From contig NC_086373.1 in assembly GCF_036588685.1 (NCBI RefSeq), forward strand, positions 66,030,001 to 66,094,000: a stretch of 64,000 nt of DNA, read 5' to 3'. Source of the stretch: Mytilus trossulus. Lineage: Eukaryota. The number at the start of each line of letters is the position of its first letter. Position 1 is the first letter of the stretch. Shown here piece by piece: positions 1 through 12,400 of this stretch. Below the pieces are notes generated by a model. The model did no database searches. It worked only from the letters and a program-made list of their open reading frames with translations, and was not told the DNA's origin. The position numbers and the translations under genes were made by a program.

Positions 1-274
1 ACGTGAGGGCATTATCCTGAGCCAATGGTATAAGTCTATAGATTGCTTAAAAGCAATCGTATCCCAAAAACAAATAGCTAGATTTTTTTTTTTTAATTTC
101 ATAACATTAATTTCAAAATTTCAAAATCTATTTTATAAAATATAATATTTATTTAAAGATTTATTTGTGTACAAGGGTGTGTGGGTATTTGTCCATGAGA
201 CTGCAACCTAACAACAAAATATCCAAATATTTATTATGCCAAATTTTAGAATAATACAGATCTATATTACTTAC

Positions 275-422
275 TTGTCCTTTCAGTAAAGGTCCTCGAT
301 CATTGATGACATCACAGAAAAGTTGTCCCTCTCTGACAGCTATATCTACATTGATGAAGATACTGGTCAGGAACTGTCGTAACAATACAGGAGAAGTCAG
401 GCATACTACTTTCTGGTTTAAT
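275..422 (-). CDS. CFAP54: CFAP54 exon 17
   Basis: LNQKVVCLTSPVLLRQFLTSIF..LFCDVINDRGPLLKGQ, donor GTAAGT. Confidence 0.85.
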
Positions 423-3400
423 CTGAAATAACAGAAAATTACAATGATTCAGTGTCTTAGTGTCCATGATGGATATTCAGCTGTAAATATGTCATTCTTC
501 TTAAAACACATTGTTTTACAGAGTGGAAGATATGTCCATTTGTAAGCTCAATTTGGTATTCCCATTTCTTGTTTAAACTAAAACAAGAACTTTAAGTTTA
601 ATAATTTTTAATAGGCACGTCTCTATATTTGATGATCATGTGTTGTTACTTTGCTCTCCAAATAATGTAGCCCCACAGCTCCTTTTCATTCATTTGGGGG
701 AAAAAATAAGTTAAATGATACTTACTTCATCAGATCTATAGCAAAGGCTCCCTCTGACTGTGTATTGTAGGTCACTTTCTGTGGTTCTGGAGGCTCAGCA
801 ATGAAATGGTCCCATAAAACATTACAGGCCTGTTTAGCTATGTCATAACATCCAACCTGGTAGGCAATCTAAAATACAAATTGTATGTATATTAAAGTGG
901 GTTTTTTTTCAAAATCTTATAGATGCATTTATTATTGCAAATCTTTCATTTTAATATTATTGAAACATCATTTATAAACCTAATAGAATTTCTTGGATAA
1001 TTTTAAAAACTTTTTACTCTTGAAAAGTATTCTGTAGTATATGTAATATTAAATCCATCAAGATAATTTCTGATTTCTCATTACCACAAATAACAAATAT
1101 ACACATTTTCTCACATGAAAGTCAAAGTCATATGAATGAGAAAAAAATCTACTTATAAATTTAAATGTAAATTATATCATAAATTTCATTCTGTTATGGT
1201 TGTCACTTAACAGTCAGAGCTCAGACATAAACAAGTCTAATTTTGTTTTTGACTTAAATAAGTCGAAACATGTATTTATTATAAAAATGTAGTTTCAATT
1301 TTAGACTTATCTAAGTCAGAAAATGACAGACTTGTTTAGGTCTATTTATGTTGGTGAAAAAACTTAATGTTACTTTGTGGCCAAACTACACCACCTATGA
1401 CAGCAAAAACCTGTATGAGAGTTCACAAGGACTTGAGCTATCTATATTTAATTATCTAATTAAACATCCTTACTAAACACAGATGTTTTTACCTCATTAA
1501 GTGTGATTCCAGGTGGTTGCATTGTAAGGTTAATTAACATTATCTCCGATTTTTTAGACTCTCAATCATATTTTTCTTTTGAAGGCAAAGCATTGGCTTT
1601 CAATGTTGTCATTATTTGATTTAGATGCATGACCTCCTTATAAATATGCGTGGGTCTTGAAGTTAACCAATTTTGATCACTCATGGACTTGTAGGAGTCG
1701 ATATTTGCAACTTTTTGTATCTGGTCAATTATTTCTTGTTTAACAAAATTAGACTTATTCAAGTCGTATTTTGTCTTACATTAAAGGGAGACAAATCCTA
1801 AAACTTACAAATTTAGACCTCTATGAGTCAAAAGCAGATTCAGACTTATTTATGTCTGAGCTCTGACTGCTTAAGTTATTGAAGATTCACTTCCAAAAAT
1901 TTGCAATAGAACTTATTTTAGAAACATCCTTTTCAATAAGGATGGCAAATCTTAATTGAGTCAGTATAAAACATTCTTTTTTTGTACAATTATCTAAAAT
2001 ATAATTGCAGTCACTTACCTGGCTAAGGAAAGCCCAAGTAATCAGTACAGGTAAGGGACTTGATGCTAAGATTGGTTTAGAGCTATCTCCTATCCCTCCT
2101 CCTATGACCTGAAAACTTAATGAAGTAACTTACCTGACTAAGGAAAGCCCAAGTCATCAGTACAGGTAGGGGACTTGATGCTAAGATTGGTTTAGAGCTA
2201 TCTCCTATCCCTCCTCCTATGACCTGAAAACTTAATGAAGTAACTTACCTGACTAAGGAAAGCCCAAGTCATCAGTACAGGTAGGGGACTTGATGCTAAG
2301 ATTGGTTTAGAGCTATCTCCTATCCCTCCTCCTATGACCTGAAAACTTAATGAAGTAACTTACCTGACTAAGGAAAGCCCAAGTCATCAGAACAGGTAGT
2401 GGACTTGATGCTAAGATTGGTTTAGAGCTATCTCCTATACCACCTCTTATGACCTGAAAACTTAATGAAGTAACTTACCTGACTAAGGAAAGCCCAGGTC
2501 ATCAGTACAGGTAGTGGACTTGATGCTAAGATTGGTTTAGAGCTATCTCCTATACCACCTCCTATGATCTGTCCATCACCATTATAAGCTGCTACGGCAA
2601 AAACATACTTCTCATCTGGTTTCAAACCTGATACTCTTAGCTCTGATTGGTTGCTTGGCACCTAATAAAGATGAAAAATACTGTTAGATGATGCAGAAAC
2701 TGGTGATTATCAAAAATAACTTAGTGATGAATTATAACTTTGGTAAATAATGTGCATATATAAGATTTTACATACATATATCAGCTATAAATAAAAACAT
2801 TTTTCACCTGATCAACTTTTGTCTTTAAAATTTATCAAAATCACAAACATGAATTTGAAGTTGTATTTATTGCGAATCCTATCATAGTTTTCAACAGATT
2901 CACCTGCAAGTTACCTGTCCATTTAAACTTTTGTAAGTTCTATTGTCCAAACTAACAAATACAACACCTTTTGTTCTCTGTTTAGTTTATTCAATGGGAC
3001 ATTTAAATTTCTTGCAAGAGAAATCTATCAGTCACTGATTAATTTACCTGAACAAAAAATTGAACTGTCAATGATGGAAATACATGTACAAATTTGTAAT
3101 TATAAAACTGCATGTGATGTTGTATTTATTCAATCAATATCACATTTTCAATTTATTTGATATAAACACTGATTTCAAAATTAAAAGTTGATTTCTGATC
3201 AAATTTCAACCTTTTTCCCATTAAAATTTGCTATTTTTTAGTCTGTTCATAAATAAAAACTTAAAATGATAATGTTTAAATAAAGGTCTTCATAAATGTA
3301 TTCTTCATAACTGAAGAACCATGAAAAACATGCAGATTCTTTGAAACATAAATGCATGCAGTACTTAAAACTAGAGGCTCTAAAGAGCCTGTGTCGCTCA

Positions 3401-6400
3401 CCTTGGTCTATGTGCATATTAAACAAAGGACACAAATGGATTCATGACAAAATTGTCTTTTGGTGATGGTGATGTGTTTGAAGTTCTTACTTTACTGAAC
3501 GATTTTGCTTCTTACAATTATATCTATCATGAACTTTGCCCATTAGTAACAGAGAACTATATTTGGTAAAAATTTACATAAATTTACCAAATTAATGAAA
3601 ATTGTTAAAAATTGACTATAAAGGGCAATAACTCCTTAATGGGTCAATTGACCATTTAGGTCATGTTGACTTATTTGTAGATCTTACTTTGCTGAACATT
3701 ATTGCTGTTTACAGTTTATCACTATCTTTAATAGTATTCAAGATAACCAAAAACGGCAAAATTTCTTTAAAAATTACCAATTGGAGGGCAGCAACCCAAC
3801 AACCAGTTGTCCAATTCATCTGAAAAATTCAGGGCAGATAGATATTGACTTGATTAACAATTTAACTTCTTGTCAGATTTGCTCTAGATGCTTTGGTTTC
3901 ATAGTTATAAGCAAACTAGAGGCTCCAAAGAGCCTGTGTCGCTCACCTTGGTCTATGTGAATTATAAACAAAGGAAGCAGATGGATTCATGACAAAATTG
4001 TGTTTTGGTGATGGTGATGTGTTTGTAAATCTTACTTTACTAGTCTTGCTGCTTACATTTATCTCTATCTATAATGAACTTGGCCCAGTAGTTTCAGTGG
4101 AAAATGTTAATAAAAAATTTACAAATTTTATGAAAATTGTTAAAAATTGACTATAAAGGACAATAACTCCTTAGGGGGTCAATTGACCATTTCGGTCATG
4201 TTGACTTATTTGTAAATCTTACTTTGCTGAACATAATTGCTGTTTACAGTTTATCTCTATCTATAATAAAATTTAAGATAATAACCAAAAACAGCAAAAT
4301 TTCCTTAAAATTACCGATTCAGGGGCAGCAACCCAACAATGGGTTGTCAGATTCATCTGAAAATTATAGGGCAGATAGATCTTGATCTGTTAATAATTAT
4401 ACCCCGTGTTGGATTTGCTCTAAATGCTTTGGTTTTTGAGTTATAAGCCAAAAACTGCATTTTACCCCTATGTTCTATTTTTAGCTGTGGCGGCCATCTT
4501 GATTTGATAGTCTGGTCACCGGACACATTTTTTAAACTAGATACCCCAAAGATGATTATTGCCAAGTCTGGATTAATTTGGCCTAGTAGTTTCAGAGGAG
4601 AAGATTTTTGTAAAAGATAACTAAGATTTACGAAAAATGGTTAAAAATTGACTATAAAGGGCAATAACTCCTAAACGGGTCAACTGACCATTTCGGTCAT
4701 GTTGACTTATTTGTAAATCCTACTTTGCTAAAAATTATTGCTGTTTACAGTTTATCTCTATCTATAATAATATTCAAGATAATAACCAAAAACTGCAAAA
4801 TTTCCACAAAATTACCAATTCAGGGGCAGCAACCCAACAACGGGTTGACCGATTCATCTGAAAATTTCAGGGCAGATAGATCTTGACCTGATAAACATTT
4901 TTACCCCTGTCTGATTTGCTCTAAATGCTTTGGTTTTTGAGTTATAAGCCAAAAACTGCATTTTACCCCTATGTTCTATTTTTAGCCGTGGCGGCCATCT
5001 TGGTTGGTTGACCGGGTCAAGCCACACATTTTTTAAACTAGATACCCGAAGGATGATTGTGGCCAAGTTTCGTTAAATTTGGCCCAGTAGTTTCAGAGGA
5101 GAAGATTTTTGTAAAAGTTAACGATGACGGACGACGCCAAGTGATGAGAAAAGCTCACTTGGCCCTTCGGGCCAGGTGAGCTAAAAAATCAGAAAATTCA
5201 ACTTTTTATTATAAAATCAGTGCTTATTTTGAACAGATTGAATATATATTATTGACATTGAATAAATACTGTATCACACGCAGTTTATGTGAGTTTATAC
5301 ATGTATTTCAATCAACAAAGAAGATATTTTTTTGGTCAGGCAAATTAATCAATGAGTGATAGATTTCTCCTAGAAGAAATTTAAATGTCCAAGTGAATAA
5401 ACTACAAATAGAACAATAGCTATTGTATTGATTCAATGGGACAGGTATTAAACTTGCAAAAGTTTAAATACCTTGGTAAAGAGCAGACGACTCTGTGGAA
5501 AACTTTCATTTGGTTCGCTATAAGTGTGTCTTCTAAAATAGTCAAAAGAACACGGCAAAATACTGATTAGTCTGTGTGTAATTATTCACAACTTGGTTAG
5601 ACTCCAAAAACTATGAAATTTATCAAGCTCATTACCAAAATAAGAGAATTAACAAAATCCTGATTTTAAAGTACAAAAGAAAAATTTAAATATCTATCTC
5701 TATTTCATTTTTCAATTTTTTCTTTTTAGACTTACAGATTCTCCAGTTCCTGGCAAGAAATAATCATTGAGCCTCACTTTCACATTACTTCCAGATGATG
5801 ACCTTGCAAACAACTTGTACCATGAAACCTGAATTAAACAATATAACATATTTCAAAATTAAGTATCATGAAAATTAAAACATATAATCACAAAATAAGA
5901 GCAAATATTAAATTTTTACACTATTGTTAAACTTTCTGAACATCTTCTATCGGTAAAGCCTCGTAACAAATTTTTGTTTTCTGGTTTATTGTTTTAAGCA
6001 TAAAACAGGCTGTTTCACTTTTTGTCATGCAGGGCCTTTCATAAAATACTATTCCGTATGGATTTGTCTCATTTTAAAGGCAATTTCATAATCAGTGAAA
6101 CCTTTCAAATAAAACTGTTAAATTGGACACAGGAAATACTTACTTTTGGTTTGTGTGTATTGTTTGTTAGATTCAGATAAATTGATTGTTGTGTTTAAAC
6201 TTTCAGTACAAATATTTCATGAATATTCTCAACAAAGGTAAAATTCAGAATAAACTGAACATTTTTTTTATATAAATAAGGCAGTTAGTTTTCTCGTTTG
6301 AATTGTTTTACATTGTCTTATCTTGGCATTTTATAGCTTACTATGCGGTATGGGCTTTGCTCATTGTTGAAGGCCGTACTGTGACCTATAGTTGTTAATG

Positions 6401-9400
6401 TTTGTGTCATTTTGGTCTTTTGTGGATAGTTGTCTCATTGGCAATCATACCACATCTTCTTTTTTATAGTGTCAAGAAAATAAGTTATAGGTGTAAAATT
6501 CAACATACCTGTTGTCCATCCTCAGATTTGAAAGGTGAAGGTTTAAATATCATCATGGTATCTGTTCTACACAGAAGTATAGGTGCTGTTGGTACTTTGG
6601 TAGGTTTAGGATCAGTAACTACAGCATTATTGACTGTGAATATCATTTTCTCCTCAGTCTGAGCTTTCTGTATACATGCTACGGCATCCTGTATAGTGAG
6701 ATTGTAAAATCATTAAAAACAAAAACAAAATGTGTAATGATATTTATTATCTAAGCCATTAACACTATGTTTTGGTCAATTTTGAATTTAAGGTCAATGA
6801 TTGATAAGAAAGACTTAACAAAAATATTGTTCTTCTTTACATTCTTACATCTTTGTGAATAAACTTTAAACATTTTCATCTTGAACTATTATATTTAATA
6901 TACGGGGGAGGGGAAGGACCCTTATTGGTCATACTCCTTTTAGTATTGAAAGTTTAATATTTTTCATAATGGTCCACATATTCTATTTTTCTTCAAATTC
7001 ATAACATGCATAAGGAACATGTTCTTTTAACATGGAAACATTAGGTATGACAACCCTTTCATTTTTCCTTTATTTAGACTGCCACAATAGCAAAATCTAA
7101 GAACAGAACAGACTTTTGATAAAGAAACAAAATTTAAATCAATCAAAACCTATAAACCAACCAAATCACATTTTGTTTATCAGCTGGAAATAGGCAAAAA
7201 AGTTGGCAATTTTAAGAATCTCATTTCCAAACTTTCCAATTTTTCTACTTTCATAACTCATTTAAAGTCAAGATGTTTTGTTTCAACTGTAAGCAGTTTT
7301 AAAGAAAAAATTAGCAATACAAGCAAACACATAATCATAGCTTCCTACCACTATTTTCTTCTGCATGGAAGATAAATATAAAAGTTAATTGATCTTGTAT
7401 ATATTTTACCTCTAGAAGTTTTTTCTGTTCTTTTGTATATCCTACACCATCACTCAGTAACAGTGACCTCTGCATCAGCAGGAGAGATTTAGATAACTGG
7501 TTTCTATTACATCTGGTTAACAGTTCTTCATAGTTCTCTACATAACTACTCATCATTTCTCCACCCTCTCCCTAAAATAAAAACATTTCTCCATTGGATA
7601 TTTTTTTTATTAGTAAAGTTTCATTTGACTTTTACTTCTTTGAGAATGTACAAATCTGAAGCAAGTCCAGTAAAAATGCAATACCAAAAATCTTAAATTG
7701 TTGTATGGTACAATTTTCAATCTATTTTTAAAAAAAATCATAAAAAATTTAAGCAAGCTGCCTTCAAATAATAAAACGAGTCATTAACATACATGAAATT
7801 ATAGGTTTACCTGTTGTAGCAAAATTTGCAATATTCTAGGTCTGTTTGATTTGTCTTCTCTTTTCTCCTACCCAATAAATAATTACCCTCTTTTCCACAT
7901 CATCAGATATAATTGGTTTCTACAAATATTGACTTACATATTCCATTTTGGAACAGGTTCTCCTTTTAAATGGCTGATTACTCTTAGGTGCTGGTTCAGG
8001 GGCCAGACTGGTCAGTTTAATGCTGACCCTATGATACATCAAGATGAGTTCCAAATGGAGATCTTTAATTGTATTCCATACTGCCATGGCAGAGCCTCTC
8101 ATACTCTCTGGTATCAAGTCCATTTTGCTGGCTTGAGCATCCTCGTCTTTTGCTTCGGTCATTGTGGTTGGTTCCCTTGTTCTTGGTCCTGGCGCTTCCT
8201 CTTCTTTCGTATCTGTTATTTTTGTATTCTCTCTTGTCTGAGGGTCTGGTGTGAAAACATCTTCATTCAAATCCTTAAAACAAAAACATTTGTTTTTCTT
8301 TGACATGCATTTTTATTACAGTGACTTCAAGCCCCAAAATTCCTAAGTGTTTTGAATATGCATGAAATATTTGCCACTGAATTTTCAACAGAGCACAATC
8401 AAGCCAATAAACAAAACTCATCCGATAAGCCAGGTATTTTTTATTTAATTTTGAATCAAAGTTTAAGAAGGTCCATACCTTAATACTAAGGTCAACTAAT
8501 TTGAGACAATAAATACCCTTTTGTTATAAAAGTTTTTGTTTGTCTAAAAAAAAAAAGATATAAATCACAGCCCTACCACCTAAAAAGATATTTTCTCATA
8601 ATTTTATCATTAAGTATAAGAATATAGAGGTTTTGAATCCAAATATCTTTAGATGAAAGATTCTTAAACTGGAGCTATTTTGGCATAAAATGCAAGAAAT
8701 ATAAAACTAAAACTAAAAGGAAAAACAAAAACAAAAATCAAAAATTCTATAAATACTGATGAGACATGGCAAGTGAATGTTTGAATGCTTTTATGATAGA
8801 TTTATAATACTTTTTTTTCTAAACATTTTAAGGAGTCAAAATATTTCAATATTTTATTAAAATTGAGCCTGAAAAGTCACACAAGTTTTCATAAGTGAAA
8901 ACTGAAAATGTTGTCTGCTTCAAATGTTTAAATCTGGTTTTAAATTCTGTCTCTTAAGTTTTACGTCCACACATAAGAAGTTAATCTTTGACATAATATG
9001 GTGCATGAATTGAACAAGACTTTGTTATAACAGTAACAGAACTTAATCACATTCAAGTTCTGTCTAATTTGTTATAAACATTATACCACCACATATTAAG
9101 AACGAACCAACACAAAACAGGTATAACTTCATTGTACCTTTGTTAGAACATATATGGTTAAAAATAACAAAATAAAGTTAAAAACAAATTTCCAAACATG
9201 TAAACGTTTTCAATAACATCTTGTTATTACACATGTTAAGCAATTCAAAAATATTTGTTTAGCTTCACTCTTACTAATTAAATTTTCAAAACATAAAATA
9301 TCTATACTTATTTTTTCATCCAAAAAAGAGGTTAAGAATTGAAAGGTTTTCAATTAGTATTTTCCACCATCAGATATTTGAAGCAATTTCAAAATTTTGT

Positions 9401-12400
9401 TGTAATTTTCTCAAATAAAATTTACTTCCTGTGGAAAGTGTTCATAAACTAGAAATTTCGTTTCTTTGGCCTCTGATGTAAAATGTGTAATAATCACTGG
9501 AGTTAAACCCATAAGTTGGAAGAAGGCAGTTAATTCTCCAGAATAAAGACCTGTTAGAGGATTTGTCTATTCTGTTAAGGGGAAGTCACTCCATACTCAC
9601 TAGAGAACTGGCATTACTGCCAGCTATACTTTGTATTTCTATATCGTCCCTAATCATAGTGGGACATTTTTCCATTTCAGTGTCAAGCTATTAATAATAT
9701 CATATACATATTTTGAACTGTATCAGAAAAGTTACAAATAATCAGTTTAATATCTTATGATTATATTCACAAATAGCAGTGTTGTATTTTCCTTAGGGTA
9801 CAATTTTTCCAATACATTTTTGAATTGAATTTAATACTGTTACTTTTATAGAAAGTAATGCATGCATTTATTCATGTGAATTTTGATTAACATGAATAAT
9901 AGACAAGTTAACCAGATTAATTACTATGCATTCTGAAAATCCTGCATTCCTATATTAAAGAATTCCAAATTTTCAAAACACAGGTTGTAACTATTGCAAA
10001 ACCTTCCCCATTAACCATGATGCCATTTTCTCTGCAAACAAAAATTGTCTTAATTGATGTCAATCAACAGTTTTTATGCAGAATTGGAGCCTGGGCATCA
10101 TTTAAGAGCGGAGGTGCAAACAACACATAGACCTCTATGATAAACTATAGAATCTTGTGTTGCTTCTTTCACATAGCTTTTCATAAAATTAGTGATTTAA
10201 TATCAAAAGCATAAAAAATACCTTAGCCCATGACACATCAGCTATGCTTGTGCCATCTTGCTTAGCACTAGCTTTTCTGGCATATGCAACATTCTGTAAT
10301 CCTAACTCTAGTATGTCGCGAGCCTGGAGGAGCTGGTTACGTGGATTCATGTTGATCATTGACATAGATAACATGGATGTTCGACTGACCAAAAGCTGAC
10401 TGCCATCTGTAGGCTGGGTGTCAGAAAATGATGACTCCTTAATTCCACCAGGATCACCTGAAAAAAAACATATCTAACCTTTAGGATGAGATTAATAATG
10501 GTTGACTTAACAATGCTTAATATGAAATTCATATTTACAACATAAAAATTCATGTGCTTACCCATTCTTCTTCTAGATTGTTGAATCTATTTAGATTAAG
10601 CAAAACTGTAAAACATGTTGCAGTTAAATAGCCTTTTACTATAAATTCAGATATTTTTGTGTGCATTTATCATTGTCAAAAATTATGTTTAAAAAGGAAC
10701 TTTCAATTCACTTAAATAAAACAAACCTTCATCAATATTAGCACTACTCTCTAGTACCAGAGCCAATCTAAGAACAACCTCAGCAGTAAGTGCAGGGTCC
10801 ACACTACTAATACCACACCAACACAAAGCCTTGTGTACAACATCCAGTAGAAACACCCATTTACTAGGGTTTTCCATTTTAGTCAGGTACTTAGGGTTGT
10901 CACTAGAACCTGTCTGGTGTTTCTGGAATACATTCTTTGTCTTATTCCAGAGAATCAGGGCAGCATCTACGATAATGTCTACTTCAATTCCAGAAGGCTG
11001 AAAAGGTCCATTGATCACAGACAGAAGACACTCGGCTGCAAGTATCATTTCATCATTGACATTCATTGACCTTGAAGATGGTACTTGCTGTGTAATCCCT
11101 GTGCCAGTTCCACCAAATGCACTTTCATGATCTTTAAATGAGTGACTGGTGTCCTTGGTTTCTCTATCTTTGCTTGTATCTTTATCATCTTCAACAATTG
11201 ATGTTACTGTTCGCTTGTGACGTCTACTTGGGTTTAATTTCTCAAATGCTAGGAGCAGTTCTAAAGCTTTTTCATCCCAGGAATATTTTTCCTCACCTAT
11301 TAGCTGTTGGAAATATTATGAGATAATTAGCTTTGAAGAGAAATGCACTGATTTACTTACATGACTTAGCATATTGTGTTTATGATTTTTGAAACTAATG
11401 CTTTGGATTCACCATAATTAGTGTGGACTAACAAATTTGCAATTTTCAGTAAACTTGTGGAAAATTGCTTGAAGTCATTTATTAAAAGATTTTGCTTTGA
11501 ATGCCACACAAAAGTATGTGAGAGTTTCAAATAATAGATTCCAACTGTGTATTTTTGAAAATTTTACTCTGGATTCATTTTTCATGGTTATGGTTATCAA
11601 TTTTTGAGATTTCGTTGGTAAAGGTTTACTATGAATTTAAAAGTTCAACGAAATATAATTGTTTTTAAAAGTTTGTTAGCAAACTCAAGGAAAACCAAGA
11701 AATAAAAAATCCAAGTCAAATATGTGTTCATAAAAACCGTTACACATAAAAAAAAAATCGTCAGTGTATACAAGAATCTTAAACATGAAAATAATAAAAG
11801 TAATCTGGACATCTTACCCTTAGATATCCCAAGACACTTTCAATCAATGCATCAAATACATCCCACTGCTCGAAACAGAAGGCCATCTTGACAAGTTTTA
11901 TAGCCCCATCAATAGTAGCTCCATCCTCTCCTTTAGTAGCCATTGCTATCAATGACCTATCTGACACTACTCCGGCTAACGCTGGGAGGTGATAGGGACT
12001 CTGTGGTTTTATTGAGGCTCCTCTCAATCCACCACCTCCTGCTAAGATCTCTTGTCCAGACATAAATAATTCAGCATATACATCAAGGATTTCTACTTCT
12101 CTATCAGCAGCTGGTGGGGATGTTAGTAAGATACGACGATTTGTATCATTCAGGGATTCTAGAATGCACAGAAACTGGGAAGCACTTCCTTCAAACATAT
12201 CAGCTAATAATCTCTCAGTTGGTGTTCTAGGCCATGGCATGTTTTTTGCCTCTACCAAGTTAGCTCTGGTCTTTGGTCTCAACCATTCTTTTGGTTTTCT
12301 TCTTGTTTCATACACAGACCGTTTGAATACCATAACTGCCATCTGAATTTCAAAATTTTGGATTTTATTTTAATAACCAAAAATTCCTTATAAAACAAGA

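Noticed and set aside
2019-2568. CRISPR array or hammerhead tandem (units contain CTGATGA on the minus strand)
   Set aside because: Units are near-identical with no unique spacers, the context is eukaryotic, and CTGATGA is the Leu-Met-Thr codons with no stem II or GAAA.
4353-5066. Two similar 70-aa ORFs (MAIIIFG.., MATIILR..)
   Set aside because: They are antisense readings of repeated cores of the Helentron-type element, with no coding features.
7851-8303. 150-aa plus-strand ORF and other short plus-strand ORFs over CFAP54 exons or the LINE
   Set aside because: They are antisense shadows of real coding sequence.
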